DNA from: Alphaproteobacteria bacterium
Lineage (GTDB): Bacteria > Pseudomonadota > Alphaproteobacteria > Rs-D84
NCBI GenBank assembly: GCA_017960855.1
Contig: JAGCYJ010000004.1
Span: 1 to 56,014, forward strand
Reading direction: 5' to 3'
Length of the DNA stretch: 56,014 nt
Below are positions 9,638 to 19,221 of this stretch, piece by piece; positions within the stretch are counted from its first letter, which is position 1, and every line of letters begins with the position of its first letter. Both the position numbers and the translations under genes were made by a program. The notes beneath the pieces are model-generated. The model saw only the letters and a list, made by a program, of their open reading frames with translations. It did no database searches and was not told where the DNA came from.

Positions 9638-10497
9638 AAGTAGGGGTAATTGGTGCTGGCGCGTGGGGAACAGCATTGGCTGTTGTGTCTTGTCGTGGTG
9701 GCGCAGATGTTGTGATGTGGTCTTTTGATGGACAATACGCATCTTTTGATGGTGTAAAGATGCCAAAAAAATTGCGTATGACCCAAGATATTTCCGAAAT
9801 GGAAAAAATGGACGCTTGGTTGGTCGCAACACCGGCGGCATTTTTCCGCGAAACACTTTTGCGTGCGCGTGATTTTTATCATGGTCAGCCAATTATTATT
9901 TGCACCAAAGGTGCAGAACCCACAACGGGCGAGTTTATGTCTGAAATATTGTCGGACGTTTTGCCAAAGTGTAAAAACTTTGGTGTGTTATCGGGACCAC
10001 AATTCGCAGCCGAGGTTGCGCGTGGTGTTCCAACAGGTTCAACACTGGCGGGAACAAAGGTTGCACGCAAGGCAGGACACGAAATATTAAACAAACTTTA
10101 TTTAAGCGACAGTGATGATGTTATTGGCGTACAAATGTGTGGCGTTGGTAAAAACGCAGTTGCGTTAATCTGTGGCTATAATTTTATTGCATCAAACGGT
10201 GAAAACGAACGCGCAATGATATTTACACGCGCGTGGAACGAAGTTGCCGCGGTTGGTAAAAAAATGGGCGCGAAAATAGAGACGTTTTTAGATTTGTGTG
10301 GAATAGGGGATTTGTTCTTGTCTGCAACATCTGAAACAAGTCGTAATTTTGCAGGTGGCATGGCGATTGCGCGTGGCGAAGCGATCGTTGGAACGGTCGA
10401 AGGAATATCGGCACTGCGGGGCATAATTTCGCGCGCAAAAGCGCTTAAAGTTCCAACACCAATACTGGAACAGATGCGCGATAAATTAAAAATATAA
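9634..10497 (+). CDS. gpsA: NAD(P)H-dependent glycerol-3-phosphate dehydrogenase (short form)
   Basis: MKVGVIGAGAWGTALA Rossmann motif...ICTKG...LSGPQFAAEVARGVPT...GVGKNAVALICG. Confidence 0.85.
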   Translation: MKVGVIGAGAWGTALAVVSCRGGADVVMWSFDGQYASFDGVKMPKKLRMTQDISEMEKMDAWLVATPAAFFRETLLRARDFYHGQPIIICTKGAEPTTGEFMSEILSDVLPKCKNFGVLSGPQFAAEVARGVPTGSTLAGTKVARKAGHEILNKLYLSDSDDVIGVQMCGVGKNAVALICGYNFIASNGENERAMIFTRAWNEVAAVGKKMGAKIETFLDLCGIGDLFLSATSETSRNFAGGMAIARGEAIVGTVEGISALRGIISRAKALKVPTPILEQMRDKLKI

Positions 10498-10527
10498 AAA
10501 AACACCGGTATTTGCCGGTGTTTTTAC
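10495..10527. terminator. Bidirectional terminator, ACACCGG hairpin family
   Basis: aaaaaaacaccggt-attt-gccggtgttttt between convergent gpsA and the sspB-like gene. Confidence 0.65.
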
Positions 10528-10991
10528 TGATTCTTTTTTCGTCTGAATTCGTCCAATGATACGATTCGTTTGTCGTCTGGGACGGAACCTGGTTTTTCTT
10601 CTAGCGGTAATTCCATGTCGTTGTCCGCCGCCGCCGGTGTGGATTTTGGATGAAACGACAAAATGAAATCTGTTGATGGATCCTTGAACTCAACCAGCGC
10701 AGAAAACGGCACACGAATAAAGAACGGACGACCATCAAAAGTTAATTGAACACCAAATTCACGATCTGAAACATTAAGGTTGTTATACGAATACTGCAAC
10801 ACAATCGTCATGATATCAGGATAACGCATACGCAAGAAGTCCGGCAAAACAACGCCCGGGTCGCGTGTTTTAAAGGTGATAAAAAAGTGTGTCCCATCAC
10901 CCAGCCCATTTATTTGAGCATAAATCAATGCTTCTTTGACGACCGATTTCAAAGCATTATCTAGTAATTCTTGATAATTTATTCTGCCCAT
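10524..10991 (-). CDS. SspB-like ClpXP adaptor (alphaproteobacterial stringent starvation protein B family)
   Basis: INYQELLDNALKSVVKEAL...THFFITFKTRDPGVVLPDFLRMRYPDIMTIVLQ...FGVQLTFDGRPFFIRVPFSALVEFKDPS, followed by an acidic/disordered tail. Confidence 0.6.
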   Translation of the reverse strand: MGRINYQELLDNALKSVVKEALIYAQINGLGDGTHFFITFKTRDPGVVLPDFLRMRYPDIMTIVLQYSYNNLNVSDREFGVQLTFDGRPFFIRVPFSALVEFKDPSTDFILSFHPKSTPAAADNDMELPLEEKPGSVPDDKRIVSLDEFRRKKNQ

Positions 10992-11002
10992 TTCTGTTCC
11001 CG

Positions 11003-12079
11003 TTATGAAACCAGTATATTACTTATATCGCCATCTGTGCAAGAAACAATTACAGCGTCCAAAATCCCGTCAAATGCAGATGCGTCCAATCCAGTTGCCC
11101 ACACTTGCGCGTCTGATTTGCCAAGTTCGGAAAATAATTTTGCGCGTGCGTTTGTGTCCAAGTGCGCAACCGCTTCGTCCAGCAAGATAAATGGTCGGCG
11201 ATTTGTTCGTGTATGCAGTAATTTTGCGTGTGCCAAAATCAGTTCCATCAAAGCGGTCTTTTGTTGACCGGTGCTGGTTAAGTGCGCAGGCAGATTTAGT
11301 TTTTTATTAAATACACCAAAGTCAGATTTATGCACACCGTCAACAACCATTTTGTCGGCAACAATTTCGCGTGTTTGCCCAAGGTATTCGCGATATGCGC
11401 GTTCTGCGTCCCCAGGGGTGCGACCGTCAATCAACATTTGTTCAATCATGCCAGATACAGAAACGGCGCAATTTTCCAAAAAATAATTCAGTTCGCCAGC
11501 ATATTTTATCCGTGCATCTGCTATTGCAACGGCGGTGGCGGCAATTTGGTCGTCCAACACGTCAACCCAGCGCATATCACGACCAGATTTTAATGCGATT
11601 GCGCGTTCCGAAAGCAGTTTTGTAAATCGCGCAACACGACCAGAGTGCATGGCATCAAAACTTGCCACCAATCTATCAAAAAACGCACGCCGATCCGCCG
11701 CAGAATCAACAAACAAACGATCTTCGCGGGGGGTAATCCAAACCATTGGCAAATAAGCAGTTAAATCAACCAATGGTGCATTATCGCCGTCTATTTTGGC
11801 GCGACGATTTGTGTCGCCTGCGTTGAACGATACAGCCAATTCGGTTTCATCAGATAATGTTGCAAAAACAGAAAATCCGCCGTTGCCACCAAATCGCGCA
11901 ATTTCGCCCATCTGTGCACCACGCATACCGCGGTCGCCCGATAAAATAGAAAGTGCTTCAAGAATGGCTGTTTTGCCCGCCCCGTTTGGACCAATTATAA
12001 TCACATTTCGCCGACCGTGCGTTTTGATTCTGCACATTGTGTGGTTACGGAAATCGGTGAGTACAAGTGTTTCAATCAT
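11003..12079 (-). CDS. recF: DNA replication and repair protein RecF
   Basis: MIETLVLTDFRNH...IIIGPNGAGKTAILEALSIL...LSTGQQKTALMELILAHAKL...ILLDEAVAHLD. Start set at 12079 because the longer ORF would read through tRNA-Cys. Confidence 0.85.
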   Translation of the reverse strand: MIETLVLTDFRNHTMCRIKTHGRRNVIIIGPNGAGKTAILEALSILSGDRGMRGAQMGEIARFGGNGGFSVFATLSDETELAVSFNAGDTNRRAKIDGDNAPLVDLTAYLPMVWITPREDRLFVDSAADRRAFFDRLVASFDAMHSGRVARFTKLLSERAIALKSGRDMRWVDVLDDQIAATAVAIADARIKYAGELNYFLENCAVSVSGMIEQMLIDGRTPGDAERAYREYLGQTREIVADKMVVDGVHKSDFGVFNKKLNLPAHLTSTGQQKTALMELILAHAKLLHTRTNRRPFILLDEAVAHLDTNARAKLFSELGKSDAQVWATGLDASAFDGILDAVIVSCTDGDISNILVS

Positions 12080-12091
12080 TATCAAAAAAAT

Positions 12092-12165
12092 TGGAGGCCA
12101 GGGTCGGAATCGAACCGGCATACAAGGATTTGCAGTCCTCTGCATAACCACTCTGCCACCTGGCC
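12092..12165 (-). tRNA. tRNA-Cys (GCA)
   Basis: The reverse complement ggccaggtggcagagtggttatgcagaggactGCAaatccttgtatgccggttcgattccgaccctggcctcca folds as a cloverleaf with a T-loop ggttcgattcc and an encoded CCA. Confidence 0.9.
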
Positions 12166-12252
12166 GTTAATTGTGTTCCAATCCTAGACAAAAAATGTTT
12201 GAAATTCAACATAAAAATTGTTATTCTTCCCTTATAAATGTTATAAGAGAGA

Positions 12253-13584
12253 ATGTTGATGAAAAAGCTTCTGATTTTATGCGGTTTTTTGCCATCTTTG
12301 GCGTTTGCGGCGGATGATTGTGCAAGTATGCGCACTGTTCCTGATAAAATATTCACTATTTCCGAGGTTGTTGACCTTGGCCTATGTCGGAATCCGCAAA
12401 CTGCGTCGGCGTATGCATCGTTGCGTGCCGCCCATTTTGATAAAAACGCCGCATATTCTGCCTATTTGCCGTCGGTTAACGCGGGGCTAAATGCCGGCAG
12501 AAATTATCAAAACGAAGCATGGGGCGATTGGTCATATGGTGCATCACTTTCGGCATCTTATTTGTTGTTTGATTTTGGGAAACGTTCTTCGGATATGGCG
12601 GCGACATTGGCGACATATCGCGCGACCGGTTTTGACTATGATGAAACAGTGCAAAACTATGTTTATGGTCTTATTGGCGCATATTATGGTCTGTTGAACG
12701 CGGATGCTGATGTGAAAAGTGCCGAATCGGCACAGTCGGTTGCACAAACCGCGCACGATACCGCAAAAAAGAAATATTCGGCGGGTGCCGTTGCGCGTGC
12801 TGATGTGTTAAAGGCGGAAACAACATTGGCAAGTCGTGATTTGGATCTTGAACGTGCAAAGAATAATCGTGAAATTGCCAAGGGGAAATTGTTAACACAA
12901 TTGGCTTTCCCAGCAGATCAAGAAATCACAATTGCCGATATGGAATCTACATTTGGCAGCGATACCGACATGAAAAGCATTGACGAATTGGTTGCAATTG
13001 CACAAAAGCAACGACCGGATTTGTTGCGTGCAAATGCAAGAAAAGATGCTGCATGGAATCGTCGTAATTCTGCGTTCCTAAAGAATTTGCCGTCTATATC
13101 TTTGTCGGGTTCGCTGGGGTGGAATGATGACAAGCTGGACAATATTTTTAGTCCCGATTCACAACAGATAAATGGCTCAATCGGTATTCGGGCATCTATG
13201 CCGATATTTGCAGGTTTTGCAAATTTGTATGGTGTACGTTCTGCGACGGCCAGTTATGAAAGTGCCAAGGAACAAGAACGCAATACTGTAAACAACGCAA
13301 TGTTGGATGTTTTCACCGCGTATCAAAATTATAAAACTGCACGCACAGTGTTGACCCAAACTGAAACTTTGTTGAAATCGGCAACGGAATCAGAACGCGT
13401 GACGGGTGGTATGTACAAAGTGGGCCGTGCAACAATGTTGGATTGGCAAACGTCGCAATCTGAATTGTTGACCGCGCAAAAACAAAACAATGCGGCAAAA
13501 TACGATTTGTATATCAAACGTGCGGCGGTTGCGCTGGCAATCGGTGATATCAAGGTAGAATTGGAGAAAGGGGGAAATAAGTAA
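12253..13584 (+). CDS. TolC-family outer membrane efflux channel
   Basis: Signal peptide MLMKKLLILCGFLPSLAFA, then two TolC-type repeats (SAYLPSVNAGLNAG..., ...LKNLPSISLSGSLGW...). Confidence 0.8.
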   Translation: MLMKKLLILCGFLPSLAFAADDCASMRTVPDKIFTISEVVDLGLCRNPQTASAYASLRAAHFDKNAAYSAYLPSVNAGLNAGRNYQNEAWGDWSYGASLSASYLLFDFGKRSSDMAATLATYRATGFDYDETVQNYVYGLIGAYYGLLNADADVKSAESAQSVAQTAHDTAKKKYSAGAVARADVLKAETTLASRDLDLERAKNNREIAKGKLLTQLAFPADQEITIADMESTFGSDTDMKSIDELVAIAQKQRPDLLRANARKDAAWNRRNSAFLKNLPSISLSGSLGWNDDKLDNIFSPDSQQINGSIGIRASMPIFAGFANLYGVRSATASYESAKEQERNTVNNAMLDVFTAYQNYKTARTVLTQTETLLKSATESERVTGGMYKVGRATMLDWQTSQSELLTAQKQNNAAKYDLYIKRAAVALAIGDIKVELEKGGNK

Positions 13585-14816
13585 TGGCAACAAGAAACGA
13601 AAATATTAATAAGCCACAAAAGCGTTCTTTTGTTCGTCGTGCGTTGTCATGGGTATGGCGCAAAAAATGGTGGATTGTTTTAATCGCTGTTCTGATTTTT
13701 GTTGTACCAATGTTTTTTGGTGGCAGCAAAAAAGCAACCAAAAGTGGTTATGCAACTGTTGAAATTACACGTGGCGACATGCGCCAAATTGTAAGCGCGA
13801 CGGGCGAGATTCAACCAGTAAATACCGTCAATATTGGTTCACAAGTTTCTGGAACAATTGACAATATTTATGTTGATTACAATTCCAAGGTTAAAAAAGG
13901 CGATATTTTGCTGACTATTGAACCGTCTGTATTAAAGGCGCAGGTGGAGGAAGCCAAGGCATCGCTTAGCAGTGCAGAATCAAAAGCGCGATTGGCAAAA
14001 AGTGAATACTTGCGTGAAAAAACATTATTTGAATCCGATTTTACTGCGCGGGCAGATTTGGAAAAGGCCCAGGCATCATATGAACAGGCACAGCAAGATG
14101 TTGTTCGTATGAAATCGCAATATGAACGTGCGCAAACTAATCTTGGTTATGCAACAATTACTTCGCCGGTTGACGGTACCGTTATTTCGCGCAAGGTTGA
14201 TGTTGGACAAACCGTCGCGGCATCTTTCCAAACGCCTGATTTGTTTGAAATTGCCGAGGACTTGTCCAAGATGCAGATAGAAACATCTGTATCCGAAGCG
14301 GACATTGGTGTTGTAAAAGAAGGTCAACGCGTCACATTTACTGTTGATGCATATCCGAACAAAACATTTGAAGGACGTGTTTATCAAATTCGCCTTTCGC
14401 CAACAACAACTTCAAACGTTGTCGTTTATACGGTTGTGATAGAAGTTGATAATTCAGATTTGGCGTTGATGCCGGGTATGACCGCGTTCGTGACGATTGT
14501 TGTTGAAGAACGGTTTAATACATTCAAGGTTCAAAACTCTGCGTTCTTGGTGCGGTCTTTTGATACACTGGGTGTGGAAACAAATGGCGCAACACCGGAA
14601 ACACATTTGGCGATTATGCGTAATGGTAAAATAACTTTTGTTGAATACAAAAAGGGTTTGGTTGGCGCAACTGAAACAGAAATTGTATCTGAAGATATAG
14701 TTGAAGGCGATAAGATTGTTGTCGGCAAGATGGGTGCAACGACACAACGCAGCGGAATCGGTATGGGCGGTAATCGTCGTAGTGGCGGAATGGGTGGCGG
14801 ACGTCCACCAATGTAA
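13584..14816 (+). CDS. HlyD/MacA-type periplasmic adaptor (membrane fusion protein)
   Basis: N-terminal TM, then ATGEIQPVNTVNIGSQVSGTI..., a coiled-coil hairpin, TSPVDGTVISR, and a Gly-rich tail. Its start overlaps the tolC-like stop (TAATG). Confidence 0.8.
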   Translation: MATRNENINKPQKRSFVRRALSWVWRKKWWIVLIAVLIFVVPMFFGGSKKATKSGYATVEITRGDMRQIVSATGEIQPVNTVNIGSQVSGTIDNIYVDYNSKVKKGDILLTIEPSVLKAQVEEAKASLSSAESKARLAKSEYLREKTLFESDFTARADLEKAQASYEQAQQDVVRMKSQYERAQTNLGYATITSPVDGTVISRKVDVGQTVAASFQTPDLFEIAEDLSKMQIETSVSEADIGVVKEGQRVTFTVDAYPNKTFEGRVYQIRLSPTTTSNVVVYTVVIEVDNSDLALMPGMTAFVTIVVEERFNTFKVQNSAFLVRSFDTLGVETNGATPETHLAIMRNGKITFVEYKKGLVGATETEIVSEDIVEGDKIVVGKMGATTQRSGIGMGGNRRSGGMGGGRPPM

Positions 14817-14838
14817 AGAAATCGCATTGGGGAATAAA

Positions 14839-15600
14839 ATGAAAAAGTTAGGGGGAAAACCCGAAAACGTTATCTGTATGAAAAAAATCTGTAAAAGTTT
14901 TCCACTGGAAATCGGTGGGCAGCAACAGGTTTTGTTTGATATTGATATAAAAATAAATGTTGGTGAATTTGTTGCGATTATGGGACCGTCGGGTTCTGGT
15001 AAATCAACATGTATGAACATTATTGGTGCGCTGGATTCTGCGACATCGGGCGTGTATGAATTATATGGTCGCGACATTACCACAATGGATTCCGATGAAC
15101 TTGCGCGTGTGCGGAATGAATTTATTGGCTTTGTTTTCCAGAACTTTAATTTGTTGCCGAAACGTAGTGTTTTGGACAATGTTATGTTGCCACTGATGTA
15201 TCGCGGATTGCCAATGGAAGAACGCATTCGTCGTGCGCGCGAAATGTTGAATTTGGTTGGTTTGGAAAAGTTTGAAACATATTTGCCAACGCAACTGTCG
15301 GGCGGTATGAAACAGCGTGTTGCGATTGCACGTGCTTTGGCGGGCGACCCAAAAATCATTTTGGCGGACGAACCAACGGGCGCGTTGGATTCTAAAATGG
15401 GTAATGAAATATTAAAGTTCTTTAACAAGTTAAACAAAGAACTGGGGATAACTATTGTTATGATTACCCACGAATTTGATATCGCCAGTTATGCAAACCG
15501 CATAATTCATATTTACGACGGTCATATTGCGTATGATGGGCCGGTTCCTAAATCAGAATCTGTATTGACTAAATCGGAATCAAAGGTGCGTTCAAAATGA
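14839..15600 (+). CDS. MacB/LolD-type ABC transporter ATP-binding protein
   Basis: GPSGSGKST Walker A, LSGGMKQRVAIARAL signature, ILADEPTGALD Walker B. The start could alternatively be 14878. Confidence 0.85.
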   Translation: MKKLGGKPENVICMKKICKSFPLEIGGQQQVLFDIDIKINVGEFVAIMGPSGSGKSTCMNIIGALDSATSGVYELYGRDITTMDSDELARVRNEFIGFVFQNFNLLPKRSVLDNVMLPLMYRGLPMEERIRRAREMLNLVGLEKFETYLPTQLSGGMKQRVAIARALAGDPKIILADEPTGALDSKMGNEILKFFNKLNKELGITIVMITHEFDIASYANRIIHIYDGHIAYDGPVPKSESVLTKSESKVRSK

Positions 15601-16814
15601 CATTTAACGACATTTTAAAAGAATCTTGGTTGTCAATCAGCGGAAATAAAGTTCGTTCATTTCTGACGGTGCTGGGTATCGTTATTGGTGTTATGGCGGT
15701 GGTGATAATGGTTGCCGTTGGTGAAACGGTGGAAAAACAAATCACTGATCAATTTTCATCGTTGGGGACGAACACAATTATAATTCGTGCCGGCATGGCG
15801 CAGAGTGCAGGTGTGCGTACTGGTAATCGTCAAACACTTACAATTGATGACGCGGAATACATTGCTCAATTGCCGGATGTTGCGGCGGTAAGCCCGGTGC
15901 AGAACAGTGCCGCCCAAGCGGTCTATGGAAACAAGAATCAATCAACATCACTGATTGGTGTTTATCCAGGGTATACAACGGTTCAAAACATTGAAATAGA
16001 GCAGGGCACATTTTTCAATTATTCTGCGGTGCGTAATGCGTCAACATATGCGGTCATTGGGCCTGAATTAGCAGAAGAGTTGGGTATGCCAAAAAATCCA
16101 GTTGGACAAACAATTCGCGTGCAAAATACTCCACTGACCGTTATTGGTGTGACCAAGGCCAAGGGTGATTCCGCCATGGGTTCCCAAGACGATATGATTT
16201 TAATCCCAATAACTACACTTAAAAAACGTATTCAGGGCAGTCGTTTTCCAAACTCGGTTTCCATGATAAGTATAAAGTTATATCAAGATGCCGATAACAA
16301 TCTGGTAATCGATCAAATAACATCACTTTTGCGTGAACGTCATAAATTAAAAGATGACGCCGAAGACGATTTCCAAATTCAAGATATGAAACAGATTATG
16401 GAAACAATGACAACCGTTACTGGTTATTTAAAACTGTTATTGGTTGCGATTGCGGCGGTGTCGCTTTTGGTGGGTGCCATTGGCATTATGAACATGATGT
16501 TAGTATCGGTGGCGGAACGCACCCGCGAAATTGGCATACGCAAGGCGATCGGTGCGCGTGAAAAACAGATAATAATTCAATTTTTGTCTGAATCTATCTT
16601 GATATCGTTTATCGGGTCAATGGCTGGATTGATTTTGGGTGTCGGTTTATCCCAAGGGGTCGGGCGTTTCGTATTGGGCTATAACGTTCCATTTTCCGCA
16701 TGGCCGGTTATATTGTCTGTGACGGTTGCGATTGTAGTCGGTTTGGCTTCTGGTGTGGTTCCGGCATTAAAGGCCGCAAAACTGAACCCAATTGATAGTT
16801 TGAGATACGAATAA
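15597..16814 (+). CDS. MacB-type ABC transporter permease (FtsX-like, with a large periplasmic domain)
   Basis: N-terminal TM, periplasmic domain, then C-terminal FtsX helices (AERTREIGIRKAIGAREKQII...). It overlaps the ATPase gene by 4 nt. Confidence 0.85.
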   Translation: MTFNDILKESWLSISGNKVRSFLTVLGIVIGVMAVVIMVAVGETVEKQITDQFSSLGTNTIIIRAGMAQSAGVRTGNRQTLTIDDAEYIAQLPDVAAVSPVQNSAAQAVYGNKNQSTSLIGVYPGYTTVQNIEIEQGTFFNYSAVRNASTYAVIGPELAEELGMPKNPVGQTIRVQNTPLTVIGVTKAKGDSAMGSQDDMILIPITTLKKRIQGSRFPNSVSMISIKLYQDADNNLVIDQITSLLRERHKLKDDAEDDFQIQDMKQIMETMTTVTGYLKLLLVAIAAVSLLVGAIGIMNMMLVSVAERTREIGIRKAIGAREKQIIIQFLSESILISFIGSMAGLILGVGLSQGVGRFVLGYNVPFSAWPVILSVTVAIVVGLASGVVPALKAAKLNPIDSLRYE

Positions 16815-16849
16815 AAATACCGGCAAATGCCGGTGTTTTTTTTATTGTT
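16813..16849. terminator. Bidirectional terminator, ACCGGC hairpin family
   Basis: aaaaataccggc-aaat-gccggtgtttttttt between the convergent permease and bamB-like genes. Confidence 0.65.
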
Positions 16850-17573
16850 TGTTTCCGGTTAAACCATCAAACTTTTGTCGGGCGACGGTGATTATGCCGT
16901 TTTCATATTTTGGGGCGGTTTGTTTATCTATTTCCGCCGACCAATATGCCGCGCCGTCATTATCACGCAGGGCATAAAGATGATTGTCCGTTGCAACAAC
17001 ATAAATTACGTCGCCAGCCAGAATAAAAGGTTCGGCGGTCCCGATTTCCACGCACCATTTTTTTGTGCCTGTGGTGGCATTTATTTTGCAGAAAGCATCA
17101 CCCAATCCGCCGGCATAGACATTTGCGCCACGAATCACAATCGGGGAAACAATATCCAGCACCGATGCGCCACCGGTCATATTGCTTGCGCGGTAAATAT
17201 CGGCAATCCAAACGATTTTGCGTGTCTTTGGGTTAAGTTTTATCAATTCGCCGGTTGTTAACCCCGCATACAGATAATTTCCGTTGCAAACGGGTTTTGC
17301 ATCATTCTTGACCGAATTACTGGTCGGGAATCCGGAAAACACCTTGCGTTCACCATCCCAAATAACATTAGACGAATCTTGGGTATATGGGCATTCTGTT
17401 TCCGCCATTTCAAATGCGGTGTCCGGCAGTGCCGCAATCTGCGTATCTGCCATTTTGACGGATTTTGTGTCAAAGATTGATTTACGCACGCCCGGCAAAA
17501 TCGGGTCATGCTTGCTGCACGCGGAAAGTGCCGCCAAACAAATCAAACCGCCAATAATCGCATTTTTACGCAT
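16842..17573 (-). CDS. Short BamB-like PQQ-repeat beta-propeller lipoprotein
   Basis: Lipobox LAALSAC, then repeated beta-propeller blade-like segments (YLYAGLTTGELIKLNPKTRKIVW, VYAGGLGDAFCKINATTGTKKW, IYVVATDNHLYALRDNDGAAYW). It lies directly downstream of a yfgM-like gene, as bamB does in many Proteobacteria. It is only 243 aa. Confidence 0.55.
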   Translation of the reverse strand: MRKNAIIGGLICLAALSACSKHDPILPGVRKSIFDTKSVKMADTQIAALPDTAFEMAETECPYTQDSSNVIWDGERKVFSGFPTSNSVKNDAKPVCNGNYLYAGLTTGELIKLNPKTRKIVWIADIYRASNMTGGASVLDIVSPIVIRGANVYAGGLGDAFCKINATTGTKKWCVEIGTAEPFILAGDVIYVVATDNHLYALRDNDGAAYWSAEIDKQTAPKYENGIITVARQKFDGLTGNKQ

Positions 17574-17586
17574 AGGGATTTATTCC

Positions 17587-18240
17587 TTATCTTAACATTT
17601 GTGCCGATGCCGAAACAGATGCCGGTGCATCTGCGTCATTGATGATTTTATCCAACCATTTGTTTGCAGCATCACGATTGTCTTCGGACAGATATTTCTG
17701 GGCGATAGTCAAGCATGCGGTATAGTAAAACGGTGAAGATTTTGTGTTAAGTGCAGACAGGTATTTTTCAACATCTGCGCCACTCATTTCATCACCACGA
17801 ATACCGACAACATGCAGTTTAGCCAAGTCGCGAAAATCGCGTGTGTCGCCATCTTTTGCTAATTTTTCAATTTTTTCGGTGTCGCCACTTAACAAATACG
17901 ATTGGAACAATGCCAAATCGGCCGTTGCCCCCGATGTGTTTTCACCAATTGCTGCCAGTGCGTTTGCATCAACATTTTCCACCGCGGTTTCATAGTTGAT
18001 TGCACGCGCAATCTGGCGCGCGCGATATTCACGAATACCGATTTGAATACCGGTGACAATAATCATGATAAGCAGTGCCGCCGCCACCATTTGACGATAA
18101 TATTTCTTTACAAAAGCGGTTGTTTTGTCGTTGTTGACTTCTTCCCAAACTTCGCGATAAAGGGCGTCTTGGGCATACTCTTCGCGGGTTTTCTTTTCTT
18201 TTGGTTTCAAGTCCTTGTTTCTTTGCAACATATTGGCCAT
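17587..18240 (-). CDS. YfgM-like membrane-anchored TPR-like protein
   Basis: Charged N-terminus, single TM (AAALLIMIIVTGIQIG), helical periplasmic domain, and synteny with the bamB-like gene. Confidence 0.5.
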   Translation of the reverse strand: MANMLQRNKDLKPKEKKTREEYAQDALYREVWEEVNNDKTTAFVKKYYRQMVAAALLIMIIVTGIQIGIREYRARQIARAINYETAVENVDANALAAIGENTSGATADLALFQSYLLSGDTEKIEKLAKDGDTRDFRDLAKLHVVGIRGDEMSGADVEKYLSALNTKSSPFYYTACLTIAQKYLSEDNRDAANKWLDKIINDADAPASVSASAQMLR

Positions 18241-18270
18241 AAATAATCTCCTGTTCTTTAAATGGTGCCC

Positions 18271-18298
18271 TTGATAATTCCTAATTTATTGCTATACT
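18271..18298 (+). promoter_or_regulatory. Sigma70-like promoter abutting the rpoH ATG (TTGATA-16 nt-TATACT)
   Basis: TTGATA at 18271-18276 and TATACT at 18293-18298. The ATG at 18308 leaves only 2-4 nt of leader. Confidence 0.4.
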
Positions 18299-18307
18299 AT
18301 AAATGTT

Positions 18308-19216
18308 ATGAAAAAGCAAATCAAGAACGCATTACCGGCAACCCAAAACACGAGTATCGTGGCCGCGCGTGGCGTAAGCGACGAAAATGGGTTGGCGCAG
18401 TATATTCAAACAATTCAGAAAATCCCTATTTTAAGTGCCGAAGAAGAATATGAATACGCAACACAATGGGCCAAAAAGCAGGACAGTGTTGCCGCTGAAA
18501 AATTGGTGGCAAGCCATTTGCGCCTGGTCGTGTCGGTTGCATATGATTTCAAGAACTATGGCGTGCCAATGGGGGAATTGATTGCCAGTGGTAATATGGG
18601 CTTGATGCAGGCATTACAAAAGTTTGATCCGGAAAAGGGATTCCGTTTTTCCACCTATGCTATGTTTTGGATCAAAGCGGAAATCTATGAAACAATTTTG
18701 AATAATTGGTCCATTGTCAAAATAGGAACTTCGGCCAATCAGAAACGTGTGTTCTTTAACTTGGCGCGTGCAAAACGTGCGTTGGGTATTATGGACAACA
18801 GTATGTCCGATGAACAGACGAAGCAGGTGGCGGAATATTTGGACGTTCCGGAAAATGATGTTAAACGCATGGCGACCCGTATTGGCGCGCGTGATGTTTC
18901 GCTTAATGCGCCAATGAGGGGTGACGAAGATTCGTTGGATATTCTGTCTAATATGTCGGACGGTCGCGAAAATATCGCCGATACGGTGGAAAAAATGGAA
19001 ATTCGCCGTATGGGATATGATTTGCTGAAAAAGCATTTGGCGGCATTACCTGAACGCGACCGCGAAATATTGCGTGCCCGCCGATTGACAGAGCCGGCAT
19101 TGACACTTGAAGCGTTGGCGCAAAAGTATAAAATTTCGCGTGAACGTGTTCGCCAAATTGAAGAACGCGCATTTAACAAATTGCGTGATGCAATTTTAAA
19201 AGAAACCCAAGGATAA
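18308..19216 (+). CDS. rpoH: RNA polymerase heat-shock sigma factor RpoH (sigma-32)
   Basis: YIQTIQKIPILSAEEEYEYA...SHLRLVVSVAYDFKNYG...GNMGLMQALQKFDPEKGFRFSTYAMFWIKAEI...SANQKRVFFNLARAK (RpoH box)...ISRERVRQIEERA. Confidence 0.85.
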   Translation: MKKQIKNALPATQNTSIVAARGVSDENGLAQYIQTIQKIPILSAEEEYEYATQWAKKQDSVAAEKLVASHLRLVVSVAYDFKNYGVPMGELIASGNMGLMQALQKFDPEKGFRFSTYAMFWIKAEIYETILNNWSIVKIGTSANQKRVFFNLARAKRALGIMDNSMSDEQTKQVAEYLDVPENDVKRMATRIGARDVSLNAPMRGDEDSLDILSNMSDGRENIADTVEKMEIRRMGYDLLKKHLAALPERDREILRARRLTEPALTLEALAQKYKISRERVRQIEERAFNKLRDAILKETQG

Positions 19217-19221
19217 TTTTT

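Noticed and set aside
12080-12151. Longer recF start (12151), and the longer start (36527) of the 35781 ORF
   Set aside because: Both extensions read through tRNA genes (tRNA-Cys and tRNA-Val). The internal ATGs give canonical N-termini and/or strong SDs.
14454-15437. 327 aa ORF on the minus strand
   Set aside because: It lies entirely antisense to the well-supported macA 3' end and macB ATPase gene. Its sequence is low-complexity with no recognisable motifs, so it is a shadow ORF.
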